The notes: generated by a model from the sequence alone, not told the origin. Positions 26,904-36,897 are shown, counted from the first letter of the stretch. The stretch is DNA of 64,000 bases from Planctomycetaceae bacterium (GCA_003153375.1 PLYM01000174.1:15007-79006); one strand, 5' to 3'. Numbers and translations: made by a program.

Positions 26904-27814
26904 GGGCGTAACGAGACGCGATCTTGGGGCTGGGGCAGGGGATTACGAGTCAGGAACTGTTCCATGAGAGGCACGATCCGTTCGTGTGCATCTTCGACGA
27001 CATAGTGGCCCGCATCGGTCAATCGGTGCACGTCGGCGCGTGGCACAAAAGTCAAAAACCGCTCCAGGAACTGCGGCGTGAAGCACCAATCGCGCATGCC
27101 CCAGATGAACAGCCACGGCTGGGCCGCCAGCAGCGGCAAGCGCCGCTCGATGTGCAGCAAGGTTTCGTAGCTGGGATGCTTAGGCGACAGCGGAATGTCC
27201 TCGACGAAGCGATAGATCGCCTGCCGATGGCTCCACGAGTCATACGGCGCCAGCAGGCCAGCCCGCACGGCCGGCGTCATGCGCTCGTGATGGGTAACCG
27301 CCATTCGCAACGCGGCACGGGCAAAGCCGTTGAGACCCTGCACGGACAGCCGGCCCAAAACGGGTACGCGGCAGGCGCGAATTCGCCAGGGCATGGCTTG
27401 CGACCGAAACGCGGCCGTGTTGAACAGCACGAACCGCGCGAAACGCTCCGGCGCCGCGAGCGCCGCTCCGAGCCCGATCGCGCCACCCCAGTCATGGCCG
27501 ACGAGCGTCACATTTCTGAGGTCGAGTTGCCCGACCAACTGGGCGAGATTCGCCACATGCTGGGCCAGCCGATACGAGTAATGCCGCGGCTTGTCGCTCA
27601 GCCCGCAACCGATGTGGTCAACGGCGATCACCCGATAGCGGCCGGACAAGGGACCAAGCAGATTCCGCCAATAAAACGACCAGGTCGGGTTACCGTGAAC
27701 GAACAACAGGACGTCGCCTTGCCCCTGGTCGACGTAGTGATAGCGATGGCCGTCAATGAGAAGCTGGCGCGAGGTAAATGGATAGAGCGATCGCCAATCG
27801 GAGGCCTCGTGCAT
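26900..27814 (-). CDS. Alpha/beta hydrolase, haloalkane-dehalogenase-like subfamily
   Basis: 304 aa. LLFVHGNPTWSFYWRNLL and the Asp nucleophile elbow LVGHDWGGAIG. ATGA overlap with the downstream CitG-like gene. Confidence 0.85.
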   Translation of the reverse strand: MHEASDWRSLYPFTSRQLLIDGHRYHYVDQGQGDVLLFVHGNPTWSFYWRNLLGPLSGRYRVIAVDHIGCGLSDKPRHYSYRLAQHVANLAQLVGQLDLRNVTLVGHDWGGAIGLGAALAAPERFARFVLFNTAAFRSQAMPWRIRACRVPVLGRLSVQGLNGFARAALRMAVTHHERMTPAVRAGLLAPYDSWSHRQAIYRFVEDIPLSPKHPSYETLLHIERRLPLLAAQPWLFIWGMRDWCFTPQFLERFLTFVPRADVHRLTDAGHYVVEDAHERIVPLMEQFLTRNPLPQPQDRVSLRP

Positions 27815-27906
27815 CGCAGGTCAACTCGGGTAGGGATACGAGCGCTTCGCCGGAAGCGGGCATTCGCTTGGAGGATCGGACGACGGAATGAAATTGAACC
27901 CAAGGC

Positions 27907-29013
27907 TCAATCCGGCGGCAAGTCGGCCGTGATGTTGCCATTGCGCGTGCCAAGATTCTTCCAAACCGTGGCGTCAATGTTGTCGGCCACGAAATGAGTC
28001 GAGCCGTCGACCATCGCCACTACGACGCCTCCGGAGTGCGCGCTGCGTGCAGCGGCAAACGTCGCCCCCGGTGAGCCCATCGCCGCAACGTCGCAATTGT
28101 AGAGATTCGTGGGTGGTGGCATCGCATTCGACTGGCATTGCGACAACGTGTCGTTTGGCGAAATCGGATTCGGCGGCAGCGATGTGCTAAAAGCCGCGCC
28201 GCCCATGCCTCCATAAGTCCACGCCCCGCGCGGGTCGTTCGGGCTGGGGTAAGTCTGGATTTCGGTGGCCAGGAAGGTTCGCGACAGGCCGTCTTGCACC
28301 ATGGCCGATTTGACGCCGAGCTTCGACCCCATCTTCCAGTTGCCCTTCATCGTGGCATCGTTTTGCATTTGAACCACCGGAGCGCCTCGGGCCGAGCGAA
28401 CATCGACAATGTCGAAGATGCCGGCCGTCAAGTTCGACGGATAAGGCGGGGTTGGATAATCATAGTAGTCGCCGGCGCCGAAGTTGCCGACGTAAGTGGC
28501 TTTTACGATGCCAACGGCAGACGCGCCCGAATTGCTGGGCGCGCCGAGGCCCGTAAAGTTATTGGTCGTATCAGCAACGTCAGCACTGGGACACAAGTAC
28601 CCGGTGGGAGGGGCAATACCTTGCGTGCAATCCTGGCACAAGTTGTAGGCATTTTGCATGCACTGTTTGATCAGGTCGAATTGCGACTGCTCTTCCATGT
28701 AAGGCATAATCGCCACGGTCCAAACCGGACCTTGGCACCAAGCCCCATTGGCCGTGCCCAGCGTCAGGCCAAAGTTCGCCGGGGCGACGCAATTGGGCAG
28801 CCCGGGCGGAAAGCAGCCAAACGCTTCCTCGTGACGCTGGACGGCCAGCGCGATCTGATGCAGGTTTTGCGTGCAGTTGCTGCGCCGCGCCGATTCGCGA
28901 GCCATTTGCACGGCGGGCAACAGCAGGGCCACGAGCGTGCCGATGATGGCGATGACGACGAGCAATTCGACGAGCGTGAACGCGGGACGAGTAGCGCGGG
29001 TGGACCGACGCAT
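27907..29013 (-). CDS. DUF1559 protein with prepilin-type N-terminal cleavage/methylation domain
   Basis: 368 aa. [49 protein letters not shown] is the canonical planctomycete DUF1559 / type IV pilin-like N-terminus. Confidence 0.85.
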   Translation of the reverse strand: MRRSTRATRPAFTLVELLVVIAIIGTLVALLLPAVQMARESARRSNCTQNLHQIALAVQRHEEAFGCFPPGLPNCVAPANFGLTLGTANGAWCQGPVWTVAIMPYMEEQSQFDLIKQCMQNAYNLCQDCTQGIAPPTGYLCPSADVADTTNNFTGLGAPSNSGASAVGIVKATYVGNFGAGDYYDYPTPPYPSNLTAGIFDIVDVRSARGAPVVQMQNDATMKGNWKMGSKLGVKSAMVQDGLSRTFLATEIQTYPSPNDPRGAWTYGGMGGAAFSTSLPPNPISPNDTLSQCQSNAMPPPTNLYNCDVAAMGSPGATFAAARSAHSGGVVVAMVDGSTHFVADNIDATVWKNLGTRNGNITADLPPD

Positions 29014-29250
29014 GATGCCTGCCTCGAAGCAAAAAGAAAGGCTTCCGCCCGTTGACGGAAGTACTTAGCCCAACATCCTTTGTAGCGGCCGAGCGACGCG
29101 GAGTCAATAAAGGACGCATTTTGCGGCCGCCGGCCGGATTCTTGCCGTTTGCGCGGCGTGGAGTCGGGTAGAATTCGGCTGCCAAGCGGCCCGGGCCGTG
29201 AGGTAAAATTAAGTGTTCGGCCGCTGTGGCCATGAGAATCCGAGGTATCC

Positions 29251-31434
29251 GTGATCGAACATTCGTTTCAAGCCGAGCATTTCATCAATCGCGAGCTGAG
29301 CTGGCTCGAATTCAACGCGCGCGTGTTGGAAGAGGCTGAGGATCCCTCGAACCCGCTGTTGGAGCGGGTGAAGTTTCTCTCGATCTTCAGCTCGAACCTC
29401 GACGAGTTCTTCATGGTCCGCGTGGCGGGATTGCGCGAACAGGCCTTTGGCGACGGGGCACCGCAAGACTATACGCCCGACGGCCTGCGGGCGATCACGC
29501 AATTGCAGCGTGTGGCCAAGCGGACCCAGGAACTGGTAGCGGCCGAATATCGTTGCTGGAACGAGTCGGTGCTGCCGCAGTTGAACCAACAGGGCATCCG
29601 CCTGTTGGCGCACGACGAACTCAACCCCCAGCAGCGCGAGGCGCTCGACCACTTCTTTCGCGCGCGGGCCTTTCCGATCCTGACGCCGATGGCCATCGAC
29701 CCCAGCCATCCGAGCCCGCATTTCCACAATCGCCAGCTCTATTTGGGGGCCATGCTCAAGCGACACCATGGGCTGGGCCCGAAGCAACTCTTCGCGGTCG
29801 TGCAGTTGCCGCAGATCCTGCCCCGCTTTGTGCCCCTGGGCCCGACTGAGGATCCGCAATTCATTCTGCTGGAGCAGGCCGTGGCTGCACGACTGCCCGA
29901 GCTGTTTGGCGGTTTCGATATCCTGCACTGGACCACCTTTCGCATTACGCGCGACAGCGATATCGAGCTGTTGGAACAAGAGTCGGACGACATGCTGCGA
30001 CTGATCGAAGAGCGTCTCAAGGCCCGCCAACGCGGCGATGCCGTGCGATTGGAAGTGGCCACGGGCGCCAGCGAGGAGTTGGCCCGCAAGATTATCGAAG
30101 AGGAGTCGCTGCGCGACGCGATCGGCAGCGCCGAGGCCTATAGCGAGGTGTACCGCATTCCTGGGCCGCTGGATCTGACCGGCTTGATGGAATTGATCGA
30201 GATTCCGAACCGCGATTTTCTGCGCGCCGCGCCATTTTCGCCACAGGCCCCGCGCGGCTTGCGGTCGCGGCGCGGCGAAGACCTGTTTTCGGCCATTGCG
30301 CAGCGCGATCTGCTGTTGCACCACCCGTTCGACTCGTTCGACCCGGTCGTGGAGTTCATCTCGAGCGCGGCCAAGGATCCGAAGGTGCTGGCCATCAAGC
30401 AGACGCTCTATCGGATCAGCGGCGATTCGCCGATCACCCGCGCGCTGATGCAAGCGGCCGAGAACGGCAAGCACGTGACGGCGCTGGTCGAGCTCAAAGC
30501 CCGCTTCGACGAAGAGCGAAATGTCGGTTGGGCGCGGCAGATGGAGCGCTCGGGAGTCCACGTGGTTTTTGGATTTCTGGACCTGAAGACCCACTGCAAG
30601 CTGTCGCTCGTGGTTCGCCAGGAGGGAAGCGTCTTGCGGCGCTACGTGCATCTGGGCACCGGAAACTACAATCAAACGACCGCGCTGGTGTACACCGATT
30701 TCGGATTCTTCACGGCCGACGAGGACATCGGCGAGGATGCCTCGGCACTTTTCAACCTGTTGACTGGTTATTCGCAGGGTCATCATTGGCGGAAGCTGGT
30801 CGTGGCGCCCGAGGATCTGCACCGTCGCACGGTCGAGCTGATCGAGGAACAAATCGAGCGGGCCAAGACCGGTCGGCCGTCGCGCATCTTTGCCAAGCTC
30901 AATTCGCTGGTCGACTATCGCGTCATCGAATCGCTCTATCGGGCCAGCCAGGCCGGGGTTCCGATCGAGCTGGTCGTGCGCGGCGTGTGCTGCCTGCGGC
31001 CGGCACTGCCGGGTATTTCGGATAATATTCGCGTTACGAGCATTGTCGATCGATTTCTTGAGCACAGCCGGCTGTATGTCTTCAGTCCCGACGACGAGGC
31101 CAAGGTGTTCCTGTCGAGCGCTGACTGGATGCCGCGCAATTTCCACCGCCGGGTCGAGGTGATGTTTCCGATCGAGGCGCCCGATCTCAAGCGGCGCATT
31201 CTCAAAGAGGTCGTGCCGACCTATTTGCGCGACAACGTCAAGGCCCGCCTGCTGAAGCCTGGCGGTACCTACGACCGGGTCACGCCCGGGCCCGGTGAGT
31301 CGCTGCACCGCTCCCAGGAGGAGTTTCTGGCCATGCGCGACAACGTGCTCGATCGTCTCGCGGTGGAGAACGGCGCGGCGGTTTCCGACAATGGCGCCGC
31401 TCATGCGACGGTGCCGGTGGTTGAAGAATCCTGA
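29251..31434 (+). CDS. ppk1: Polyphosphate kinase 1
   Basis: 727 aa (GTG start). FINRELSWLEFNARVLEEAEDPSNPLLERVKFLSIFSSNLDEFFMVRVAGL, HLGTGNYN and both PLD-like C-terminal domains. Confidence 0.95.
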   Translation: MIEHSFQAEHFINRELSWLEFNARVLEEAEDPSNPLLERVKFLSIFSSNLDEFFMVRVAGLREQAFGDGAPQDYTPDGLRAITQLQRVAKRTQELVAAEYRCWNESVLPQLNQQGIRLLAHDELNPQQREALDHFFRARAFPILTPMAIDPSHPSPHFHNRQLYLGAMLKRHHGLGPKQLFAVVQLPQILPRFVPLGPTEDPQFILLEQAVAARLPELFGGFDILHWTTFRITRDSDIELLEQESDDMLRLIEERLKARQRGDAVRLEVATGASEELARKIIEEESLRDAIGSAEAYSEVYRIPGPLDLTGLMELIEIPNRDFLRAAPFSPQAPRGLRSRRGEDLFSAIAQRDLLLHHPFDSFDPVVEFISSAAKDPKVLAIKQTLYRISGDSPITRALMQAAENGKHVTALVELKARFDEERNVGWARQMERSGVHVVFGFLDLKTHCKLSLVVRQEGSVLRRYVHLGTGNYNQTTALVYTDFGFFTADEDIGEDASALFNLLTGYSQGHHWRKLVVAPEDLHRRTVELIEEQIERAKTGRPSRIFAKLNSLVDYRVIESLYRASQAGVPIELVVRGVCCLRPALPGISDNIRVTSIVDRFLEHSRLYVFSPDDEAKVFLSSADWMPRNFHRRVEVMFPIEAPDLKRRILKEVVPTYLRDNVKARLLKPGGTYDRVTPGPGESLHRSQEEFLAMRDNVLDRLAVENGAAVSDNGAAHATVPVVEES

Positions 31435-31481
31435 GCCGATTGCCAGCCGCCAATCGCGAGTCGAACCGCGTGATGTAGCCG

Positions 31482-32813
31482 TTAGCCCTCGGTGCGGTCG
31501 ATAGCCTCGCCCAGCAGTGCCGAAAGATCTGGCATTTGCCGCAAGTCGTCGACAACGCGCGGATGAGCAAAAATTCGGACCCGTTTGACGTAATCGTCGA
31601 ACTGCGTGCCCAGCGCCCGCACGACCGGAGAGACATCGGGCAGCGCGCGATACTGCCGAGTCTTCGGAAAGTAGACGTCGATGTTGAAATCGACTTCGCG
31701 CTCGACCGGTGGGGCGTCGAACAGGATCTCGTGCGGCGCCACGATTCGGCCCAGGGCGCTGCTGGCCACGAGCGCGAATTGCTGCGCGCAGGCAGCCAGC
31801 CAGGGATACGGGCGTCGCGCGACACGCTCGTAGACGGTCGACTCCTCGAACAAGCTGTATTGAGCCAGCCGCTTGTAAAGACGGCGATGGGGGCCAAACA
31901 GGCCTTCGAGCAACTCGAATGCGGGGCCATTGCCCGCGGCCTTTTGCATGGCCGCGATCATCGGCCCTTCGGTGAGCCGGAACAGGGCGTCGAGGTCGAC
32001 CAGGCCGTGCACCAGGTAAAAGGCGCGCTGCAGCATAGCCGTCGCCGCGCGGACCCCGTGATGCCAATAGACCTCGCTGAACATCACGTATCGGGCAAAG
32101 ACCATCATCTCGGCGGCCGTCTTGCCCTTGTCCGTAATCGCCAGCCCATTGCCTTGGGCGTTCAGGCACAGGCTGCCGATGAGCCGTCCCTGGTCGAAAT
32201 TCCGGCCATAGGGCACCCCGGCGTGCAGGCTGTCGCGGGCCAGGTAATCCATCTTGTCGATGTCGATCGGACCCGAGAGCATGCTGGCCAGCAGCCGCGA
32301 CTTGGCGTCTCGCGGCTTGCCCGAGAGCAGAGCCACGACGTCGCGGGGAGCGATGTTCCAGTCGTCTCGCAGCGTATCGGCAATCTCGCCTTCGAGCAGG
32401 AAACTGTTGGCGAACAACTCGTGCTCGGGCACGCTGGGCAGTCGCATGTCCTCGATCGGATGGCAGAACGGCCAATGGCCGAGATCGTGCAACAGCGCGG
32501 CGACGATCAGCAATTCGGCGTCGGTCTCGGAGATCGCGGCCTCGAAGCGGGGATCGTAAGAAAGCTGCCGCAAGAACAACAGCGACAGCCGATAGACGCC
32601 CAACGAATGCTCGAAGCGGGTATGGATGGCCGCCGGATAGACCAGACCCACCAGGCCCAATTGACTGATGCGGGCCAGTCGACGAAACTCGCCGCTGTCG
32701 ATGATCGCCCGCACGCGATCGGTCATCGGCACGTCCAACTCAGCGGGAATGCGAAGCATACCCTGGCGGCCGTCCAGCCCGGCGATTTCCGGAAGATCGC
32801 GTATCGCGCTCAT
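31482..32813 (-). CDS. HD-domain phosphohydrolase (dGTPase/SAMHD1-like, COG1078-type)
   Basis: 443 aa. HTRFEHSLGVYRLSLLF and AALLHDLGHWPFCHPIED metal-binding HD motifs. Confidence 0.85.
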   Translation of the reverse strand: MSAIRDLPEIAGLDGRQGMLRIPAELDVPMTDRVRAIIDSGEFRRLARISQLGLVGLVYPAAIHTRFEHSLGVYRLSLLFLRQLSYDPRFEAAISETDAELLIVAALLHDLGHWPFCHPIEDMRLPSVPEHELFANSFLLEGEIADTLRDDWNIAPRDVVALLSGKPRDAKSRLLASMLSGPIDIDKMDYLARDSLHAGVPYGRNFDQGRLIGSLCLNAQGNGLAITDKGKTAAEMMVFARYVMFSEVYWHHGVRAATAMLQRAFYLVHGLVDLDALFRLTEGPMIAAMQKAAGNGPAFELLEGLFGPHRRLYKRLAQYSLFEESTVYERVARRPYPWLAACAQQFALVASSALGRIVAPHEILFDAPPVEREVDFNIDVYFPKTRQYRALPDVSPVVRALGTQFDDYVKRVRIFAHPRVVDDLRQMPDLSALLGEAIDRTEG

Positions 32814-32879
32814 GGCTCGGCAGTCGGTTGGCAGCTCGAAAATGAATCAGAACGGCGAACGGGGCCGCGAACAGCCAAA

Positions 32880-33587
32880 TCAATAATATTGCGGCACGGC
32901 CGGCGCCAAGGCCCACAGCCAAGGCAATCCCAGCGCGACGCCGAGCAATTGCGTCACGATGAGATAAAAGCAGTAGTGCAGTGCGGCATTGGCAAAATCC
33001 AGGTCGAGGGTGGCAAAAGCCACTCCCCCGCCAATCGAGATGAAAATCGGCGCCACGAACACCCATTGCCAGGGTTCGCCCGTCAGAATTCCATAGGCTG
33101 GCAGGGGGTAGAATGCTCCCCAGAGCGCCGCGTAGGCCAGCCCACACAGACTGGCGCGGATCAACAGCGCACGTCCTCGATAGGGTTCCAACTCGGCATC
33201 CCGCAAAAAAGTGTATCCGCCCACTGCCAGGGGAGGGGAGATGATCAGCAGTCCCACGGCGATCACCGCCAGTGGCACCTTGTCGAAGGTCAGGTGCAGC
33301 AGAAAGGCGATCGCAAACGCCACCAGCACCGCGCCGCCGATGGCCGCCGCGGCGGCCGGCTTGAACTTGGTTTCCTCCCGAGCGATGGGCTTCAGCACTG
33401 CCCGGCCTTTGGAGTCCTTGCCACCCGAGGCAAACTGCTCGGGCACGTGAATCTTGACGTCCTCGGCGGGGGCGTCGGGCACCGTGATGACGGTCTTGCA
33501 CTTGGGGCAAGGGCCCTTCTTGCCGGCGAACTTTTCGCTGACCGAAAAGCGGGCCTTGCAATTGGTGCAAACAACCGAGATCGGCAT
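32880..33587 (-). CDS. Membrane protein with N-terminal MJ0042-type zinc ribbon
   Basis: Start moved to ATG 33587 (MPISVVCTNCKARFSVSEKFAGKKGPCPKCKTVITVP, CxxC...CxxC), followed by about 5 predicted TM helices. The track ORF extends to 33665. Confidence 0.6.
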   Translation of the reverse strand: MPISVVCTNCKARFSVSEKFAGKKGPCPKCKTVITVPDAPAEDVKIHVPEQFASGGKDSKGRAVLKPIAREETKFKPAAAAAIGGAVLVAFAIAFLLHLTFDKVPLAVIAVGLLIISPPLAVGGYTFLRDAELEPYRGRALLIRASLCGLAYAALWGAFYPLPAYGILTGEPWQWVFVAPIFISIGGGVAFATLDLDFANAALHYCFYLIVTQLLGVALGLPWLWALAPAVPQYY

Positions 33588-33706
33588 GAAAGGACTCGAA
33601 GCGCGAGACGGGAATCTGTTCCGAGGCTCTAGTTTCGCATAGGCGCGACGCAAGTCAAGCCGCACACTCGACTTGTCGACTCAGACGGACGGCCCGCGAG
33701 GGCCCG

Positions 33707-34198
33707 CTAGTCGTCACTGGCCAGGTCGGCCTCGGTGATCATCGAAAAGCCCTTGCTGTCGAGCGTTTCCATGCCCATTTCGATGTTGTCGACCATGAGC
33801 GCCACAGCCGGGCGCCCGTGAGGGCGAACCAGCAGCGGATAGGCTTGCACGATGTTCACTTCGGCTTGCAGAAGGGCCGTGCAAACTTGCAGCAAGGCCT
33901 GGCCACCCACGGGCAACTCGACGCCGATCAGGTCGCTTTCGATCAGAGCCAGTCCCGCCCGTTCCAGGATTTCGCGGCCTTGTTCGGGATGGCTGAGCAG
34001 AAACCGCACGAAGGCGCATTCGGCCGAGTCGTTGATCGAGAGTGCGACGATCCTTACCTTGCTGCCCTCGAAGCGACGAACGACCTCGAGTAGCTGCCCG
34101 ACGCGGTTCTCCATGAACACGGTGAATTGGCGGATCGTCGGATAGTTCCGCCCACGCATTGTCGAAAAACCGGTTCCAGTGCCTTCACCGATGCTCAT
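33707..34198 (-). CDS. Tandem ACT-domain (small-molecule-binding regulatory) protein
   Basis: 163 aa. Two beta-alpha-beta-beta-alpha-beta-like halves (IRQFTVFMENRVGQLLEVVRRF...; IGVELPVGGQALLQVCTALLQAEVNI...) typical of ACT pairs. Alternative ATG at 34159. Confidence 0.55.
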   Translation of the reverse strand: MSIGEGTGTGFSTMRGRNYPTIRQFTVFMENRVGQLLEVVRRFEGSKVRIVALSINDSAECAFVRFLLSHPEQGREILERAGLALIESDLIGVELPVGGQALLQVCTALLQAEVNIVQAYPLLVRPHGRPAVALMVDNIEMGMETLDSKGFSMITEADLASDD

Positions 34199-34482
34199 CA
34201 GCAGCTTGCTTGGGGTTAAAGAAATAGGTCGCTTGCGAACGCCGATTAGGCCATGTAACTATAAGGAATTCAGCATTTTCCGTCAACGAGGCGCCGCCCG
34301 TTCCGGCACGTTACACCCCGCCGCCCCGCTCCCCCCGCGCGGGGCCAGTCCGCGGTTTGGGACGATGAATGCCAAGATGTCGGCCGCGCCGGCGAACCTC
34401 ACTTGGTCGTCGGTCTTCGGCCACGTAAGATGCACCCGCTTGTCATCCGCAGCCGAATCCGTGGGAGCCTCACGCCGACGCC

Positions 34483-34893
34483 ATGCTCAGGGAACATGAC
34501 ATCGAAATTCGCGTCCGCTACCAGGAGACCGATGGCCAGGGGCGCTTGCACCATGCCAACTTCTTCACCTACTTCGAGTTGGGGCGCACCGAATTGTTGC
34601 GGGCGGTGGGTTACAATTATCGCGAAATCGAGGCCGAAGGGTGGATGCTAGTCGTGTCCGAGATTACCTGTCGCTATTTCCTCCCGGCCGTCTTCGACGA
34701 CGTGCTGCGACTGCGGACCACGGTGGTCGAGTCGCGGGGTGCCCGAGTGATCAACGAATATCAGGTTTTCCGCGGCGACACGCTGCTGGCCGACGGCCGC
34801 AGCGTCGTGGCCTGCGTCGATCGCTCGGGCCGCGTCACGCGGCTCCCCAAGCGGTTGTTGCTCGAGCGGGAATCGACGAGTAAAGGGCGATGA
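34483..34893 (+). CDS. Acyl-CoA thioesterase, YbgC/4HBT hotdog family
   Basis: 136 aa. IRVRYQETDGQGRLHHANFFTYFELGRTELLRAVG is the catalytic Asp-containing N-terminal motif of the 4HBT class. Confidence 0.8.
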   Translation: MLREHDIEIRVRYQETDGQGRLHHANFFTYFELGRTELLRAVGYNYREIEAEGWMLVVSEITCRYFLPAVFDDVLRLRTTVVESRGARVINEYQVFRGDTLLADGRSVVACVDRSGRVTRLPKRLLLERESTSKGR

Positions 34894-34915
34894 GAGCTTT
34901 TTTCGGGGAATCGAG

Positions 34916-35629
34916 ATGAGCACCTTGGCTACGATTTTCGTCATCGGTTTGCTGATTAGCATCCACGAGTTCGGGCACTTGCTGGCCGCCCATGCCGTGG
35001 GCATTCCCGTGGAGCGATTTTCCATCGGCTTTGGACCCGTGATCGCCAAACGGCGCTGGCGGGGCGTTGAGTATTGCTTGTCGGTCATCCCGCTGGGGGG
35101 CTACGTGCTGCCGCGCTGCAACGACGAGGCCGATTTCACGCGCATCCCGGTGGGGCGACGCGTGGTATTGTGGCTCGGGGGCCCGGTGGCCAACCTGGTC
35201 GCGGCCGCCCTGGCACTGGCGGTGCTCAACTACCTGGCCGGTGGGTTCTCATGGTACGGACAGTTTGTCGAGCCCTGGGGCCAGGTGGCTCGACAGTCGG
35301 CCGAATTTATCGCGGCGCTGGGCACGATCATCTTCCATCCCAATCAGCTTTCGGGCATCGTAGGGATCGTGTCGGCTGGGAAGACCGTGATGGCAGGCGG
35401 TGTGGCCAGCAGCTTGCGCTTTGTCGTGTTGCTGAATTTGAATTTGGCGGTCTTCAATCTGCTGCCGATTCCTCCGTTGGACGGCGGCAAGATCTTTTTC
35501 GCGCTGCTGGAGAAAATCCATCCGCGGCTGGCACGGCTGCAAACACCCCTCACGCTGGCCGGTCTGGCGATGCTGTTGCTGTTGATGGTTTATACGACCG
35601 TCATGGACGTCGTGCGGCAACTCGCCTGA
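34916..35629 (+). CDS. Site-2 protease family (M50) zinc metalloprotease, short form without PDZ
   Basis: 237 aa. HEFGHLLAAHAVGIPVERFSIGFGP (HExxH) and FNLLPIPPLDGGKIF (the second conserved M50 motif). Confidence 0.85.
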   Translation: MSTLATIFVIGLLISIHEFGHLLAAHAVGIPVERFSIGFGPVIAKRRWRGVEYCLSVIPLGGYVLPRCNDEADFTRIPVGRRVVLWLGGPVANLVAAALALAVLNYLAGGFSWYGQFVEPWGQVARQSAEFIAALGTIIFHPNQLSGIVGIVSAGKTVMAGGVASSLRFVVLLNLNLAVFNLLPIPPLDGGKIFFALLEKIHPRLARLQTPLTLAGLAMLLLLMVYTTVMDVVRQLA

Positions 35630-35876
35630 GCGGCTTGCTGAGGTCTGCTTCTGCAATCGCAACGAAGCGAACGTGCCCTCTCTGTTGGGGGGAGTGGGGC
35701 GTCGAGCAGCCTCCGAGCGCGCGCCGTAAATACCTCTCCTGCCTGCCGTAACGGAAGTGCCGCCACACGGTTTTGCATTCTGACGAAATCGAAAGCTCCA
35801 CTGGGCTAGTGGCCGCTGCGCAGGACCGATATCAATAAAGGCGGCGACGCGAGGAATTCAGAACAGGAGCGGACCC

Positions 35877-36149
35877 ATGAAACGCATCGTGCTTGGATTG
35901 ATCGTGGCGGCCGGCTGGGCCGCGGTCATGACGCCGGCCGAGGCGAAAGCCCAGTACTATCGCCCCGGGGTTCGGGTCGGCGTCTATGGCGGCTATCCGG
36001 TGTATCCGAATTACTGCCGGCCCTACTACTACGGACCGGCCTACTATCCGCCTCCGCCCGCCTATTACTATCCGCCGCCCCCGGCGCCGGTCTATGCACC
36101 GCCAGTGGTCGTGCCGAGCTTTTCGTTCAGCTTTGGCGGGCGCCGCTAG
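35877..36149 (+). CDS. Small secreted Tyr/Pro-rich low-complexity protein
   Basis: 90 aa. Clear signal peptide MKRIVLGLIVAAGWAAVMTPAEA, then YYRPGVRVGVYGGYPVYPNYCRPYYYGPAYYPPPPAYYYPPPPAPVYAPP. The coding call rests on the signal peptide and a GGAG-like motif upstream. Confidence 0.5.
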   Translation: MKRIVLGLIVAAGWAAVMTPAEAKAQYYRPGVRVGVYGGYPVYPNYCRPYYYGPAYYPPPPAYYYPPPPAPVYAPPVVVPSFSFSFGGRR

Positions 36150-36186
36150 GCATGGCGGGTTGCTGAGCCGCGGATCTCATGACGCG

Positions 36187-36897
36187 TTACGGCGCCGTCA
36201 GGCGATAGCCGATACCCGGCTCGGTCAACAAGAAGCGTGGCCGCGCGGGATCGCCCTCGATCTTGCGGCGCAGTTGAGCCATATAGACGCGCAGGTATTG
36301 CGTTTCGAGCACGCTGTCGGGGCCCCACACCTCCTTGAGCAGTTGGCGGTGCGTGATCACTTTGCCGGCGTGCTTGATGAGCGTGGTCAGCAGGCGATAT
36401 TCGATGGGCGTCAGGTGTACCTCCTGGTCGGACAGAAAAACCTGACGGCGGCCTAAGTCGACGCGCAGGTTTTCGATCGCGAAGACCGGTTCGCCGGCCT
36501 CGCCGCCGATTTGCGTGGCATGGCGCAGCGCCACGCGCATCCGCGCCAACAACTCGCCCACGCTAAACGGTTTGGTCAGGTAGTCGTCAGCGCCGGCATC
36601 GAGCGCGTTGACTTTTTCCGCCTCGCGGCCGCGGGCCGAGAGTACGATGATCGGCATCTGCGACCACGAGCGAAGCTGACGAATGACTTCCATGCCGTCG
36701 ATGTCGGGCAGTCCCAGGTCGAGAATCACCAGGTCGGGCTGTTGACTGCCGGCCTGCATCAGTCCATCGCGACCCGAGTCGGCCTCGACCAGCCGGTAAC
36801 CATGATGGCTCAACGAGGCACGGAGGAAGCGGCGAATCTCCTGCTCGTCCTCGACAACAAGTATCTTCGGTCCCTCCACAATCCAGTCCTGGGGCAA
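36187..36897 (-). CDS. OmpR-family DNA-binding response regulator (KdpE-like)
   Basis: 236 aa. ILVVEDEQEIRRFL...LVILDLGLPDIDGMEVIRQLR...IIVLSARG...DDYLTKPF, plus a winged-helix C-terminus LTPIEYRLLTTL...GIGYRL. No cognate kinase is adjacent. Confidence 0.9.
   Translation of the reverse strand: MPQDWIVEGPKILVVEDEQEIRRFLRASLSHHGYRLVEADSGRDGLMQAGSQQPDLVILDLGLPDIDGMEVIRQLRSWSQMPIIVLSARGREAEKVNALDAGADDYLTKPFSVGELLARMRVALRHATQIGGEAGEPVFAIENLRVDLGRRQVFLSDQEVHLTPIEYRLLTTLIKHAGKVITHRQLLKEVWGPDSVLETQYLRVYMAQLRRKIEGDPARPRFLLTEPGIGYRLTAP

Noticed and set aside
26900-27814. Interpreting the HGNPTWSFYWR / GHDWGG hydrolase as OleB of an olefin (oleABCD) pathway
   Set aside because: No oleA (thiolase), oleC (AMP-ligase-like) or oleD (SDR) genes are adjacent. 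The motif is shared by the whole haloalkane-dehalogenase-like subfamily.
29209-32475. Longest ORF in the track (1088 aa, minus strand)
   Set aside because: It is antisense to ppk1, which has unmistakable full-length PPK1 homology, and out of frame with the HD hydrolase gene. Its translation is Arg/Ala/Gly/Pro-rich with no recognisable motif. This is a typical stop-codon-poor antisense frame in high-GC DNA.
31536-33632. 698-aa plus-strand ORF
   Set aside because: Antisense to the HD-domain gene and the zinc-ribbon membrane gene, both of which have clear motifs. Low-complexity R/G/A/Q composition.
36187-36897. Orphan KdpE-like response regulator, considered as part of a system with the adjacent Mrr-like gene
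   Set aside because: The two genes are divergently oriented, and the regulator is an ordinary OmpR-family protein. There is no sequence evidence of a functional link.
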